DNA of 64,000 nt from Saccharolobus islandicus REY15A (GCF_000189555.1 NC_017276.1), one strand, 5' to 3'. Shown: positions 9,638 through 21,312, counted from the stretch's first letter. Numbers and translations are program-made. Notes: generated by a model from the letters alone, not told the origin.

Positions 9638-12358
9638 TTATCTCCTTCTGAATAATAATACCGCTAAAGCTATTATTATAATTATTAGGACTACTATTAC
9701 AGCAATATAGCCAATATTCGAGGCACTAGATACTACAGTACTGACTATAGTACTCGCTACAGTGCTGATTACAGTACTAACTGAAGTAATCGTAGTTGTG
9801 GATAAAGACGTACTGACTGATGTAGTCGTAGTAGTACTTGTTGTAGTTGTTGTACTTGTTGTAGTGCTCGTAGTAGTTGTTATGGATGGTAATACTACAA
9901 GAGTATATGTTACTGGATTTATTAATATTGAAGTATTACTGTACGCTGATACCGATAGTAGGTATGATCCAGGAGATAACGAAGATGGAACGGTGAAGGT
10001 AAATTGTCCACTAGAATTGGTCATTAATTGATATCCTGATATTATAGAGCCATTTGGATACAATAATTCTATATTAACTATGGCATTTGGAGTAGGTATT
10101 GCTGTGGTACTTCCAGCAGGAGTTCCCATTAAAGTACCAGTTAAGGTTTGACCAGGTGAAACTGTTGATGGGATGCTTAGTGAAACTGAATACATAGTCG
10201 GTAAGGCTAACGCATTAGATGGAGGAACCAAATGGAAGTAGGGATTCCTTATCAGTTTTGCGTAGGGTGGAGACGCACTCGGATTCCACGCTACCAAGAT
10301 ATATGGACCATCACCTATTAATCCATTTCCATAGGTCTTCATGAAGTTAATTGCCGCTTCATATCCAGCTTTTGCTTCTTGTGGAGTTACTAGAGTTATA
10401 CCGCTTAAGTTCTCTACTATCTGTAAACTCTTAGGTATATACCCAGTAGCTGAGGCATTCTGTAACGCTGAAGTTATATATCCAATATCAGTTGGACTAA
10501 CTAGATTCAGCCAATCAATTCCTTTGGACTGGGCTGCTCCCTCAGACCACGCAGCTTTACCTTGTGCAACAACATCTTTCATACCAACATACATTTGCCA
10601 TGGGAAATAACCTCCGCCAGCTAACGCGTAACCTAATGGATTGAATGATCCAAATAAGCTAACTACAGCCTCAGTAGGATCGAAGAACCAATCATTGCCC
10701 CATATTTCTATAGCAGTGGAGTTAATTATCTTAAATCCTTTAATAGTCTGTAGTGCTGGAGCATATACTGATGATGCAGTTGAGTCATAAATTGGATTAC
10801 TAGAGTTTAAGGACATCTCGGATGCAACAATATATTCATATATTATGTCAGCAAGAGTTATATTTTGACCATCAGCCCATTTATCGTTATTGAACAGTGG
10901 GGCTAAGTTATATATTACAGCCATTTGCGCAGTAGTATTAGGAGATACCTTAGTTATTTGCTGCGTAGTTGGATTCCACCACAATGCATTTGAAGGTACT
11001 GATACTACAGCATGTGGAGTTATATTAACTATCTTGTAAGTATAAATGAAAGGTACTGGGTATCCCGAACCTGGTACTGTTAAAGAGGACGGAGTGAATA
11101 AAGCGTTTCCTATTTCATCTGTATAGGCATCAGTGAAACCAGCACCGGGATTAGCCGAACCTTGACTTAAGTATCTAACACCTATTGTAACATTAGGATA
11201 GCTTCCATTCGTTATAGAATAATATGTCTGGAAGCTTAGTAGTGTACTTTGGGCAAAACTTGGATACACACCATTAATGTTAGATAGTGCGTATATTGGG
11301 GTTAGACTCATTCCTAGTCCTATTCTTACTGACATGTTAATACCTAACTCTACAATCTTATTATATATTTGGTAATATTCTTGGGCGCTAGTGAACTGAC
11401 TTTGGGCTATTATCAATGATAGATTGTCAAGCTCATTAGCCTCTTTAAGTAATAATGAGGATTCATACCTGGTATCGTTATACGTACCCATACTTAAGCC
11501 GTAATATGAAGAAAATGGATCAGCAGCTCCTAAAGTACTGTAAAGTCCTACTGCTAAACTAGAATCATAATACCCATAAGTCCCACCCCAAGCTTCAATT
11601 AATATATTCCACGTAGTATTTGCAGGATCGCTACCGTATACTACAGAAATTTCCTTTTGTAAATTCCCTTGAATTTGCTGGACAGTAAAACCTAACTTCT
11701 GTAGTTGAGTTATAAAATATTGGGCATATTCTCTCCTTACAGTGGCATCAGTTCTGACAAATACGTAAACTGTTATGGGTTTCCCATTATAATACCATTG
11801 TCCATTAATATATTTAGCACCATGAGCAGTTAGAACTTTATAAATGGTTTCATTTGCATAAGTGAAATTATAGTGAACATTAGCGTACTTAGATAGTGTT
11901 TGTTGGAGATGAATCACATCAGGTTCTCCAGCATATAGAGATATAGCTGGTATACCATAACCGTGTAGTATACTATCTACAAAATAGGTTCTATTTACTA
12001 TATAGTTCAGTGCGAATCTAACTTCTTGGAACTGGAATGGGTTAAAACCAAAAGTAGTATTTAATGGATTTACCAGAATGTCATAATAAGTACTCGGTAG
12101 TAAGTAAGCTTTAGCCCCTGGAGGCAAACTTGTATATTCTGATGGAGGTACAGCGTAAGCATAAAAGGCTATTTGCCCATGCTCAAAAGCCAATATACCG
12201 TTTGCGTCATTACCGTTATATGAAATTATTGTTATTGCTGTAGAAGCAGGCGAAGAACTGGCAGATTGTACTATGGTAAAAATAGGGCTCATAGCAGTTG
12301 CAACTAGTATTAAGAGCGAAATTATTTTTTTGTCTTTTATACTTAACATACTATACAC
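9638..12358 (-). CDS. Peptide-family ABC substrate-binding protein with Ser/Thr linker and C-terminal membrane anchor
   Basis: Signal peptide; EVRFALNY family-5 motif; poly-Thr tract; terminal TM followed by RRR. Confidence 0.9.
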   Translation of the reverse strand: MYSMLSIKDKKIISLLILVATAMSPIFTIVQSASSSPASTAITIISYNGNDANGILAFEHGQIAFYAYAVPPSEYTSLPPGAKAYLLPSTYYDILVNPLNTTFGFNPFQFQEVRFALNYIVNRTYFVDSILHGYGIPAISLYAGEPDVIHLQQTLSKYANVHYNFTYANETIYKVLTAHGAKYINGQWYYNGKPITVYVFVRTDATVRREYAQYFITQLQKLGFTVQQIQGNLQKEISVVYGSDPANTTWNILIEAWGGTYGYYDSSLAVGLYSTLGAADPFSSYYGLSMGTYNDTRYESSLLLKEANELDNLSLIIAQSQFTSAQEYYQIYNKIVELGINMSVRIGLGMSLTPIYALSNINGVYPSFAQSTLLSFQTYYSITNGSYPNVTIGVRYLSQGSANPGAGFTDAYTDEIGNALFTPSSLTVPGSGYPVPFIYTYKIVNITPHAVVSVPSNALWWNPTTQQITKVSPNTTAQMAVIYNLAPLFNNDKWADGQNITLADIIYEYIVASEMSLNSSNPIYDSTASSVYAPALQTIKGFKIINSTAIEIWGNDWFFDPTEAVVSLFGSFNPLGYALAGGGYFPWQMYVGMKDVVAQGKAAWSEGAAQSKGIDWLNLVSPTDIGYITSALQNASATGYIPKSLQIVENLSGITLVTPQEAKAGYEAAINFMKTYGNGLIGDGPYILVAWNPSASPPYAKLIRNPYFHLVPPSNALALPTMYSVSLSIPSTVSPGQTLTGTLMGTPAGSTTAIPTPNAIVNIELLYPNGSIISGYQLMTNSSGQFTFTVPSSLSPGSYLLSVSAYSNTSILINPVTYTLVVLPSITTTTSTTTSTTTTTSTTTTTSVSTSLSTTTITSVSTVISTVASTIVSTVVSSASNIGYIAVIVVLIIIIIALAVLLFRRR

Positions 12359-12418
12359 CAGATATATTTAGGAAGGAGTAATATAAAAAATCTTTTGCAT
12401 ACAATGATTCAATCTTGA

Positions 12419-13426
12419 TTATTTACTAATTAACATGATCTCACTCGACATTTTGACAATTTCCATATTAATATCATCTATTTCCCCTACTAACCTGTAG
12501 GGACCAATTCCCAAATCCCTAGTGAATATCCATATTTCTCTGCCCCTCACTACAACCGCATTTTTAAATAATTTAGTATAACACGTTTCACCTTCATATA
12601 TATTATCCCTAGAATAACATACTATGGCGAACTCCCTATAATTTTCCACTGCAAACTTTTTATCTAATCTTTTGCCCACGCTTTCATCATATACTTTAAT
12701 TCTTATCTTCGTAATATCAGACTTGAAAACTTCCGATACTTGCCTTAAACTTTCATAATCTGGAATGGGGTCTCCTATTAAAACTCTGTCGACGAATTTG
12801 AACAAGTAATTGGCAGAATCGAATGGTTCTACATACCTTAAAACCTCTAATGTGGTTCTGAGATTAAACTTTGGATTAGATATGAACGCACCGATCTCTA
12901 TACCTCTTTCCTTAAATATCCTATTCTTCTCCATAAAGATCTCTTTAGATATCCCACTATACAAGACTGGGTAATAGTTGTGGCAAGCCTTAATCCTTTC
13001 AAGATTTGCATTTCTGGCAATAAAGTCTACCTCTTCCTCGCTTATCTCAAATGGGTTTAGCTCAACAGTCATTTGCTTACTCATTTCAACGATTTCCTCT
13101 TTACTAAATCCGTAGTCAGCCCTAACTCCCTTAAAGCCAATTTCCATAAACATTGATAAATTCCTAGGAGATGCGTTCAACTCTTTAAGAATTTGCGGGT
13201 TTATATCCACAAAGGCATAATAGTCCAATTTGTTAGCCTCTTTTAAGATCTCCTTGGCAACACTAAGCGCCTCATTTACCGGAGTCCTCCAATGGGTTCC
13301 GGGACCAATTCCCATGAATATTTCGGAAAATCCCAGATCTCTAACATTTTTCAATAAACTAATTTGCTCATCTTTTATCTCCTTCCAACCTGGGAAGATT
13401 GAGAAACCAATTCTTCTCTTAGTCAT
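12419..13426 (-). CDS. MupG/DUF871-family TIM-barrel protein
   Basis: IGFSIF...DINP...RADYGF...VELN...[12 protein letters not shown] pattern typical of DUF871. Confidence 0.8.
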   Translation of the reverse strand: MTKRRIGFSIFPGWKEIKDEQISLLKNVRDLGFSEIFMGIGPGTHWRTPVNEALSVAKEILKEANKLDYYAFVDINPQILKELNASPRNLSMFMEIGFKGVRADYGFSKEEIVEMSKQMTVELNPFEISEEEVDFIARNANLERIKACHNYYPVLYSGISKEIFMEKNRIFKERGIEIGAFISNPKFNLRTTLEVLRYVEPFDSANYLFKFVDRVLIGDPIPDYESLRQVSEVFKSDITKIRIKVYDESVGKRLDKKFAVENYREFAIVCYSRDNIYEGETCYTKLFKNAVVVRGREIWIFTRDLGIGPYRLVGEIDDINMEIVKMSSEIMLISK

Positions 13427-13461
13427 ACTATATAAAAGGCTTTGAGGATAATATATTTGAC

Positions 13462-13914
13462 ATGGATCAAGTTGAGATTCGCACTCACACCGCCTTACAT
13501 GTGGTCAAAGGAGCTGTGAGGAAAGTTTTGGGTGCCAAATGGACTGCAAGCACTTACGTTAATAGCAATCATGAGAGATTAACGGTAAAGTTTGAGAGGA
13601 AACCTAGCGATGAGGAAATGGATAAGGTCTTTGAATTGGCTAACGAGAAGGTTAGAAAAAACCTTCCAATAATAATTGAGGTTTTACCTAGGGAAGAAGC
13701 TGAAAGGAAATATGGAGATGAGATCTACGATCTCTTTCTTATTTCAGCTGAGGTTAGGGAGTTAAGCATTGTGGTAATACCAGATTGGAATATTAACGCT
13801 TGCAATAAGCAACATACTAAGACTACCTCTGAGATTGGAGAGATCATCAAGGACTATTGGAGATATAGGAATAGTAAACAGTTACTCGAGATTTCATTTG
13901 ACATAAAGTGTTAA
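13462..13914 (+). CDS. alaX: Stand-alone alanyl-tRNA editing protein (AlaX-S type)
   Basis: Zinc-binding motifs HTALH and CNKQH. Confidence 0.9.
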   Translation: MDQVEIRTHTALHVVKGAVRKVLGAKWTASTYVNSNHERLTVKFERKPSDEEMDKVFELANEKVRKNLPIIIEVLPREEAERKYGDEIYDLFLISAEVRELSIVVIPDWNINACNKQHTKTTSEIGEIIKDYWRYRNSKQLLEISFDIKC

Positions 13915-15302
13915 GAATGATAGGAAAAGTCCTTGAGCTTTTAAACTGTAAGGAGACTGAGAGGGAAATTAACAGAAGAAAATTTTCAATATGCGATGAT
14001 GTTAACTTCATCTTGAATTTACCAATCGGTTATTTAAAAGATGTAATTTCACCACTTGAAAACTATTTATCAAAACATATGACTAATAACTTTTCAAGAT
14101 TAACTCGCGTAGTTCCTAACGATTATGAGGATACACAACTACATTTCAGTAAATTCTTTTTAAACCTTTACAGTAGCGCAATTTCTGAAATCCCAAGATT
14201 TAACATCCTTACCTCACTAGTCATCTTAGATGAGTATCGAATGATGCCAGATAAGGCTTTAATTGCTGCAGCTGACGAATTGGCGAGGAATGGCATCAAC
14301 GCAATTTTCTCTACTTCAACACCTTCGGTATTCTTTGAGGAGGAGATAGTAAGTAGATTTAGAAATAGAAGAGTGGTATCTATTTCAATAGTTAATGAAT
14401 ATGGGCAAGCGGTTGAGGGTAGGGATTGCGTGAAGAAAGGTGAGGGATATTATCAGTGTAGGGGTAGCTACGAAGTGATTGAATTAATTGACGATTTTAA
14501 CATTAGGGATTTAGATTATGAGATCATTAAAGGTGAAGAGGTATTTAAGGTAAAGGAACCATTTACGCTTTTCGTAAATTCTTGGGAAAAGGCGTTGAGA
14601 TTATACAGAAAGTTAAGGGAGGAAAGAAATACTGAGGTATGTTTACTTAATAGTAGTGATGAATGCAAAGTGACTATTACACCTAAAATTATGCCTACTA
14701 GGTTTAACGTGGTGAGCGAAATTTCGTCATTACCAACTATTGTAGCTAGAAGTGGAATTATTAATGATAGGGATAAGATCTACGTCTGGGTTGATAGGGA
14801 TAATTACGATACAGTAACTGAAAGTACTCTTAATCTACTTTCAAATATCAAAGTATGCTTAAAACATCCCTTTGGCTGTAATGGAAAGATGGGATATGCT
14901 AACAAGACGGTCTTAAAGCCTAACATTGATGAAAGGCTTATAAAAAGGCTAAGTGAAATAAGCCACTTAATGGATAGAAGGGAGTTCGAGAAGGTGACAG
15001 AACTCTTCAGTGATTTCGTAACAGTCGATCTATTTACTGATAAAGAGAAAATAACTACAGTACCTCCCGAGTTTGTATACGAGAACAAAAAGAAGATATT
15101 ATACTACGGAAATAGCTGCGTTTACACGTACTTTACTGATGGAGAAAAATGCTCTAAGATAGTTTATAATTGGTTAGAAGGCGGAGGTGTTTCATGGCTT
15201 AAGAGGAATTTAGCAAGGGCTTATAAGAATTACGTTGAGGAAGAAGGAAAAAAGGAGGTATTTTTGGGATTAAAGGCTAAAGACGTGGGAGAATGGATTT
15301 AG
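13908..15302 (+). CDS. Cas3'-like SF2 helicase homologue with degenerate catalytic motifs
   Basis: Ordered motifs LPIGYLKD (I), RLTRVVP (Ia), [18 protein letters not shown] (II), STSTP (III), [13 protein letters not shown] (IV), VARSGII (VI) follow type I-A Cas3' as recalled. Confidence 0.75.
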   Translation: MLRMIGKVLELLNCKETEREINRRKFSICDDVNFILNLPIGYLKDVISPLENYLSKHMTNNFSRLTRVVPNDYEDTQLHFSKFFLNLYSSAISEIPRFNILTSLVILDEYRMMPDKALIAAADELARNGINAIFSTSTPSVFFEEEIVSRFRNRRVVSISIVNEYGQAVEGRDCVKKGEGYYQCRGSYEVIELIDDFNIRDLDYEIIKGEEVFKVKEPFTLFVNSWEKALRLYRKLREERNTEVCLLNSSDECKVTITPKIMPTRFNVVSEISSLPTIVARSGIINDRDKIYVWVDRDNYDTVTESTLNLLSNIKVCLKHPFGCNGKMGYANKTVLKPNIDERLIKRLSEISHLMDRREFEKVTELFSDFVTVDLFTDKEKITTVPPEFVYENKKKILYYGNSCVYTYFTDGEKCSKIVYNWLEGGGVSWLKRNLARAYKNYVEEEGKKEVFLGLKAKDVGEWI

Positions 15303-15784
15303 AGAAGTTTAGGAGAGAGTATTATTACGTTGTCCCCATAATCGCCAATAGGATTAAGAGAGATGAGGAGAAAGTTAAAAAGTACATTGAGCTTGCTATA
15401 ATCTTACAGAGCGCAATAGGAAATGAAGTATATACTGCATATTATCTTTACTACATATACGAGGAACTGGGTGATATTGATCTAGGAATTCCGATCGTTT
15501 TGGCAATTGTTAACCATAGAGATGTATGGAAGGCTAGAGCTCTCAGAAGTGTTACAGCGTATAATACGTTAAAGGTATTTGAGGTTAAAGATGATGTAAA
15601 GAGAATAATTGAAAATAAGTTAAGGGAAATTAACATTCCAATAAAAATTGTTATGAAAATATTAAATAATATTGAACCAATACAGATTAGAAAACTATTC
15701 AGCAATTTGTCTATAGTTCACCCAGAAGTGTATAGTCTGATTTTAGGTGTATTTACCTCGATTGAGCAGGGAAATGAGGGTTAG
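15293..15784 (+). CDS. Cas3''-like HD-domain homologue lacking the HD metal ligands
   Basis: AIILQSAIG at the LHDxGK position, NEVYTA at HE, AIVNHR at NH/HH, SLILGVFTSIE at the terminal D motif; overlaps the upstream gene. Confidence 0.6.
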   Translation: MDLEKFRREYYYVVPIIANRIKRDEEKVKKYIELAIILQSAIGNEVYTAYYLYYIYEELGDIDLGIPIVLAIVNHRDVWKARALRSVTAYNTLKVFEVKDDVKRIIENKLREINIPIKIVMKILNNIEPIQIRKLFSNLSIVHPEVYSLILGVFTSIEQGNEG

Positions 15785-15818
15785 AATTCCTTTTTATAAC
15801 CAAAACTAAAATTTAAGT

Positions 15819-17573
15819 ATGGGAGGGATTTTCGCTTTCGTATGCAAGGATTCCATTGATGTTTCAATTATTAACAAGGGTTTAAAGAAGTTGATTTATA
15901 GGGGATATGATAGCGCTGGTATTGCTTACCTTGAAGACGATAGCTTAGTAATAAAGAAAATTTTAGGTAATATCTCAAAGAATGAGATAAGCGTTAGTGA
16001 CAAGGCAAGAGTTGCAATAGGTCACACTAGATATGCTAGTAGGGGTTGGCCAACTTTGGAAAACGCTCACCCACTGACTGATTGTAATGGGAAGATAGCA
16101 GTTGTAATGGACGGTATTCTTGACGATTACGAAAAAATTAGGGAAGATCTGATTGCGAAGGGACATAAATTCGTCTCTACAACTGACGCTGAGGTGATTC
16201 CCCACTTACTTGAGAATTCAACAAACTATCTAAACTCATCATTAAACGTTATGAAAAGGGTAAAGGGTATTTACTCTCTGGTTTTTGTAACCATAGACAT
16301 TGATAAAATATTCGCAATTAACTCTGGCCAACCCTTGATGATAGGTATCACACAAGAGTGTAAATACGTTTCTAGCGATTTACCCTCTTTGAGCGGTTTT
16401 GCTGAGAATGCGATAATAATGCCAGAAAATACTGTGGCAGTAATCTCTTGGAATGATGTGCAAGTGTATAATATTGAAGGTAATGAGGTAAAACCGGAAA
16501 TTAAGAGAGTTAAATACAAGGAGGAGATAGCTGAAAAGGGTGGATTTCCACACTTCATGTTAAAGGAGATATACGATATTCCACAGGCCTTGATAAACTC
16601 ATTTAACTCTTTAATGGAGAAGTACCTTTCCTTAGCCTCGATGATACTATATGGTGCTAAAAACGTTTATGTGATAGGTAATGGAACCAGTCTTCATGCT
16701 GGATTAATCTCCACTTACTATTTCTCAGAAATCGGTCTAAATGTTAACGTTGTAAGTGCAGCGGAATTTCCATATTATGCCTTGGAAAACGTAACTACTG
16801 GTTCAGTAATTATTGCCATAAGTCAAAGTGGAGAGACCAGTGATGTTATAAGGAGTGTTAAAATGGCCAAGCAGAGAGGAGCTGTGATATTAGGCATAAC
16901 CAACTCCGTAGGTTCAAGATTGGCATTGGAGTCTAACGTATACCTACCAATAACCGCTGGACCAGAAATGGCTGTGCCTGCAACCAAAACTTTTACCTCG
17001 ACTATTGTGGTACTTAAGGTACTTTCACTATATACTGGACTTCACTCCGGGAAAAATAGTAGGAGTGACATTAATTCATTAAAAACCGAGATCGAGGAAT
17101 TGGCTAAACAGCTTGTTATGAGTTTACCGGAAATGGAGAAAGAGGCAGAGAAATTGTCTATTAAACTGGATAAGGAAAGCTTATACGTTTCAAGTAGTGG
17201 GATAAATTATCCCGTAGCATTGGAAGGAGCTTTGAAATTTAAGGAAGCTTCAATGACTCACGCAGAGGGTATGCAGTTGGGAGAGCTCTTGCATGGTCCA
17301 ATCGTTCTCACAAATAAAGGTTATCCCGTGATTTTAATAAAACCTGCTGAGGCTGAGGATTTGTACAATAAGGTTGTTAAGTCAATAAGGGAAAGGGGGG
17401 ATGTGATTATAACCATTTCTGAAGATGGTGATATGAAGAGTGTAAAGACAATTAGGGATTTGACTCCTATAAGCAATGTAATACCGTTACAGTTATTAGC
17501 TTATAAGCTGGGAGTTAAGAGGGGTTTCCCAATAGACACTCCTCCGGGACTAGTAAAGGCTGTCATAGTTTAA
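15819..17573 (+). CDS. glmS: GlmS-like protein with inactive glutaminase domain
   Basis: Ntn domain (RGYDSAG, GHTRYA) but N-terminus is MGGI, not MCGI; two SIS domains with [17 protein letters not shown]. Confidence 0.9.
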   Translation: MGGIFAFVCKDSIDVSIINKGLKKLIYRGYDSAGIAYLEDDSLVIKKILGNISKNEISVSDKARVAIGHTRYASRGWPTLENAHPLTDCNGKIAVVMDGILDDYEKIREDLIAKGHKFVSTTDAEVIPHLLENSTNYLNSSLNVMKRVKGIYSLVFVTIDIDKIFAINSGQPLMIGITQECKYVSSDLPSLSGFAENAIIMPENTVAVISWNDVQVYNIEGNEVKPEIKRVKYKEEIAEKGGFPHFMLKEIYDIPQALINSFNSLMEKYLSLASMILYGAKNVYVIGNGTSLHAGLISTYYFSEIGLNVNVVSAAEFPYYALENVTTGSVIIAISQSGETSDVIRSVKMAKQRGAVILGITNSVGSRLALESNVYLPITAGPEMAVPATKTFTSTIVVLKVLSLYTGLHSGKNSRSDINSLKTEIEELAKQLVMSLPEMEKEAEKLSIKLDKESLYVSSSGINYPVALEGALKFKEASMTHAEGMQLGELLHGPIVLTNKGYPVILIKPAEAEDLYNKVVKSIRERGDVIITISEDGDMKSVKTIRDLTPISNVIPLQLLAYKLGVKRGFPIDTPPGLVKAVIV

Positions 17574-17608
17574 AAAGTAATAAATTATCCTTTTTCTATC
17601 TCTATTAT

Positions 17609-18466
17609 ATGACTATTGAAGTTGAGAACTTACAGAAGAAGTTTGACGATAAAGCAGTGCTTAAGGGTGTTAGTTTTACGGTTAGAAGAGGTTCTATTAC
17701 AGGTTTTATTGGGCCAAATGGAGCTGGAAAGACAACTACAATAAAAATACTTGCTGGACTACTAAGAAAGGATGGAGGGAAAGTTAAAGTATTTGGAGAA
17801 GATCCTTGGGATAACCCAAAGGTTATAGAAATGATTTCAGTCATTTTCACCAACTTAATTCATCCTCAAGAGAACACGGTAGGAGAGTATTTGAGGGATC
17901 TAGGAAATATTTATGGAAAGAGGGAGATAATTAACTATCTAATTGACGAATTCAAGTTGACATCACACCTAAATAAGAAACTCTATCAATTGTCTTCAGG
18001 TTTGGCACAAAGAGTTCAATTGGTTGCCGCTTTGATAAAGGAGGCAGAGTTAATAATAGCTGATGAACCAACTGCAAATTTGGATCCCTCCTTTAGAATG
18101 GAATTCTATGAGATAGTAAAGAGGCTGAATAGGAAAAATGATGTGACGTTTTTCATTTCGTCCCATATTCTCTCCGAGCTTGAAAAAGTTATAACTGATG
18201 TAGTATTTATTAACGACGGAAGAATATCATACACTGGTAAGATGAACCAAGCCTTAAGTGGAGTTGGAGAGGAAGAGATTTACGTGATGGTAAATGATTC
18301 TGAAAGGGCCTTGAAGGTATTGGGAGGAATATTGGAGGGACCGTATATTAAGGTTAAAGGTAAACTAAGGGAAATAGTTGACAAGTTGGATGATAGTGGA
18401 ATTGAGATTATAAGTATTAGGAGGTCTTCATTGGATGATGCGTTCAAGAAGTTTTCAAATATTTAG
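17609..18466 (+). CDS. ABC exporter ATP-binding protein
   Basis: [22 protein letters not shown]. Confidence 0.93.
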   Translation: MTIEVENLQKKFDDKAVLKGVSFTVRRGSITGFIGPNGAGKTTTIKILAGLLRKDGGKVKVFGEDPWDNPKVIEMISVIFTNLIHPQENTVGEYLRDLGNIYGKREIINYLIDEFKLTSHLNKKLYQLSSGLAQRVQLVAALIKEAELIIADEPTANLDPSFRMEFYEIVKRLNRKNDVTFFISSHILSELEKVITDVVFINDGRISYTGKMNQALSGVGEEEIYVMVNDSERALKVLGGILEGPYIKVKGKLREIVDKLDDSGIEIISIRRSSLDDAFKKFSNI

Positions 18467-19172
18467 AGTTATATTCAAGGAGAGATATCGACAACCAACT
18501 CTTGAGTTAGTTATACCAACAATGTTAGTTTCAAACATCTTCATTACTGCATTTTACGCTAGGGGATTATTTAACACTTATGGTTTAGTACTAGCATTCA
18601 TACCTTTAATAAGCGTTTCAGAAACCCTAGCCTTTGCCTTAGCTTTGAGGAATATCATTTTCGTTACTGGGGATCACATTTATAGGGGTTCCATCATATC
18701 CTTCATAATGATACCTATAAAGAGAATTAGCTTGTTCTTCTTCACATATTTTTGCGATATCGTATTACCATATTTATTTTGGTTATTCACAACCGAACTT
18801 TACATTTTGCTTTCTGGAATTCCAGTTCCTCAATACTTAATTCTGGTCTACACTGTTGGTTACTTCTTTACTGAAAATATTATGCTTTTAACGGCCCTCT
18901 CATTTAAGAGTGGAGGAATAGTGACCCTCCTATCCGGGACAGTCTTGGGAATCTTATTCATCTTTGGAGGTATTGCGGGATATTATGGAATAATGACAAA
19001 CTCACCACTGACACCAATAGCAACTATTTCGAATCCATACGTGTTTTTAATTTATGAAGCAATAAGCCAAAAACAGGTAAGTTACTTGAACGTTGGAATT
19101 TATAGTGAGGTTATAATATCATTGATACTTTTCTTCGTTTCATTACAAAAATTCAGGATAATGGAGGTGTAA
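18435..19172 (+). CDS. ABC-2-type permease
   Basis: About six TM segments; follows the ATPase. Confidence 0.8.
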   Translation: MMRSRSFQIFRVIFKERYRQPTLELVIPTMLVSNIFITAFYARGLFNTYGLVLAFIPLISVSETLAFALALRNIIFVTGDHIYRGSIISFIMIPIKRISLFFFTYFCDIVLPYLFWLFTTELYILLSGIPVPQYLILVYTVGYFFTENIMLLTALSFKSGGIVTLLSGTVLGILFIFGGIAGYYGIMTNSPLTPIATISNPYVFLIYEAISQKQVSYLNVGIYSEVIISLILFFVSLQKFRIMEV

Positions 19173-19176
19173 TGGG

Positions 19177-19725
19177 ATGAAATTCGGACTTCTTACCACC
19201 ATAGGTTTATCCCTATTAGTTCTATCCCTATTATCCATTAACTCACCAATTCACTCATACGTAAGCATTTCAAACCCATATTCCATTAAAATACCTAATA
19301 TAGCATATGTTAATGCTAGGCTTCTCGAGAACAACAGTAATGTCACAGTTTACGCCAAGCTCGTTCACAATGGAAACGTAGAAAATATTGTTAAATTACC
19401 TTATTATTTAGAATTGACGCCAGGGATATGGGAGTTCTCCATATATAACGAGACGTTTCCAATAACTTTAACAAAAGTGATAAACGCCACTGTTGTTAAT
19501 AAGTCAAACGGTATAGTATACGTTTATGAATATCAAAAAATAGAGAAATATCAAAAAATAGTTACAACTAAAAATGCCACCTATCCTATTGCTCTCGAAG
19601 TGACAATATACAAGGTTAACATACTTCAATACAAGACAATAGCGGAAATCCTTGGCGTACTCCTATTATTCATTGATATTATCTTGTTGGCTTTTAGGTT
19701 TATTAGAGATAATCATAAATTATAG
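19177..19725 (+). CDS. Membrane-anchored hypothetical protein
   Basis: N- and C-terminal TM helices; Asn-rich external domain; co-oriented in the operon. Confidence 0.75.
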   Translation: MKFGLLTTIGLSLLVLSLLSINSPIHSYVSISNPYSIKIPNIAYVNARLLENNSNVTVYAKLVHNGNVENIVKLPYYLELTPGIWEFSIYNETFPITLTKVINATVVNKSNGIVYVYEYQKIEKYQKIVTTKNATYPIALEVTIYKVNILQYKTIAEILGVLLLFIDIILLAFRFIRDNHKL

Positions 19726-19744
19726 ATGAAAGGATTTACTATTC

Positions 19745-20272
19745 ATGATCATTTCCATAGCAGCCCATAGTGAAGAACCAAATTCCGAGCTAGCCGAAAA
19801 GGCTAGAAAGTTCGTAAGGTCAATTAAAGCATGTAATCCAATGCTGCTTTTAGGAGGATATTGGGGATTAATGAAAGTGGTAGTTGATGAGGCGTTAAAA
19901 GAGAACATGAAAACTGTCTTAATATTACCCATTGAGAGGGAAAATGTTATAATTCCTAGAGACGTAATTTCAATAAAATCTAGTTGTGAGTTTAGATGCA
20001 GATCCGTAATCCTTGTTAGGTCTGGTGATATACTAGTTTCATTGGGAGGAGGTGTTGGAACGGAAATAGAAATAATGATTGCTTACGCAATGGGAAAGCC
20101 AATATTTGCATTATCTAATACGGGGTTGAGCACTGACCAATTCGCTAAGGCATTTCCAGAATATATTGACGATAGAAAAGTCATTAAGATAAGGTATTTT
20201 GAGGATCCGGAGGAGATGGCTAAGGAGATTTGCAAGAGTGAGATGAAAAGTGTGAAGACTACTTTCGGCTAA
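19745..20272 (+). CDS. LOG/SLOG-family nucleotide-binding protein
   Basis: LGGYWGLMKVV; LGGGVGTEIEI; AYAMGKP. Confidence 0.85.
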   Translation: MIISIAAHSEEPNSELAEKARKFVRSIKACNPMLLLGGYWGLMKVVVDEALKENMKTVLILPIERENVIIPRDVISIKSSCEFRCRSVILVRSGDILVSLGGGVGTEIEIMIAYAMGKPIFALSNTGLSTDQFAKAFPEYIDDRKVIKIRYFEDPEEMAKEICKSEMKSVKTTFG

Positions 20273-21214
20273 GCTTTCGCAACTGATTCCATAACTCTTC
20301 ATCGATAGGTATTCCATCAACGAACCTTTTCGCTCTTACATTTAAACCCGTGTTCACCAGGGAATTCAATTCCTAAAGTTTCCCTCAATTTCTCTATTTC
20401 CTCTCTATACCCTGCAAAGAACGAAGGATTAATACCTATTAATACTTCTCCCTTATTTGGAGGACTTTCAGTATTTAGCACACCTTTGACGTCAGATCCT
20501 AGGGCTGAGCCAGTCAGGAAACTCACTAGACTTTCTAAAACTAACATTAAGAAGAATCCTTTCATTCCACCAATTGGTGATAACCCTCCTCTTAACGCTC
20601 TTTCTGGATCTTCTGTAGGGTTACCATTCTCGTCAACTGCTAAACCCAAAGGGATTTTCTCCTTTCTTCTAAGGGCTTGTATTATTTTACCTCTTGAAGT
20701 TGCTGACAGTGCCATGTCTAGGACTATTGATGGTGGGATACTTATTGAAATTGGAGTAGTTGATAGCATTTTCCTTGAACTTCCTGGCATAACTACTGCA
20801 GGCTCTGCATTGCCAAACATTATTCCAACTAGTCCCCTCTTGCCTAATTTCTCAGTGTAGTAACCTAAGAACCCAATGTGAGACGAATTCTTAACTGCTA
20901 TTATCGAGATGGGATCACTCGTAAATTCCCTTTCAACTAACTTAGTCCACAACACAATACCTATACTTGCTTTAGCGTCTATCCACATACTATTTCCGCT
21001 TTGCCTTATGATTTCATATCTTAACCTTTTACTAATTGTTCCAAGTTCTATACCCTTAACTAGGGGAACTAATCTTTGAATACCGTGAGAAGAGTGGCCT
21101 CTAAGTTCTGCCTCAACGAAGTGGTCAGCTATTACGTCACTATCCTCTACCTCTCTTTCCTTAAGTATTTCAATAATTAACCCTTTTAACTCATCGACTC
21201 TTACCTTATTTCAT
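20259..21214 (-). pseudogene. Ldh2/ComC/AllD-family NAD(P) oxidoreductase with two +1 frameshifts
   Basis: ELRGHSSHG, GGMKG and FPGE motifs; extra A after the ATG at 21214 and extra T near 20345. Confidence 0.8.
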
Positions 21215-21312
21215 AAGCGAGATATTTTATGATAAGTCAAATTTAAGAGTAGTTGAGAAAGATTGTTCTGTATACGGTTAAGTATATATGCTTTCTTACA
21301 AAATATTAAGAC

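Noticed and set aside
9762-10031. Val-rich ORF on the plus strand
   Set aside because: Antisense shadow of the Thr-rich linker of the binding protein.
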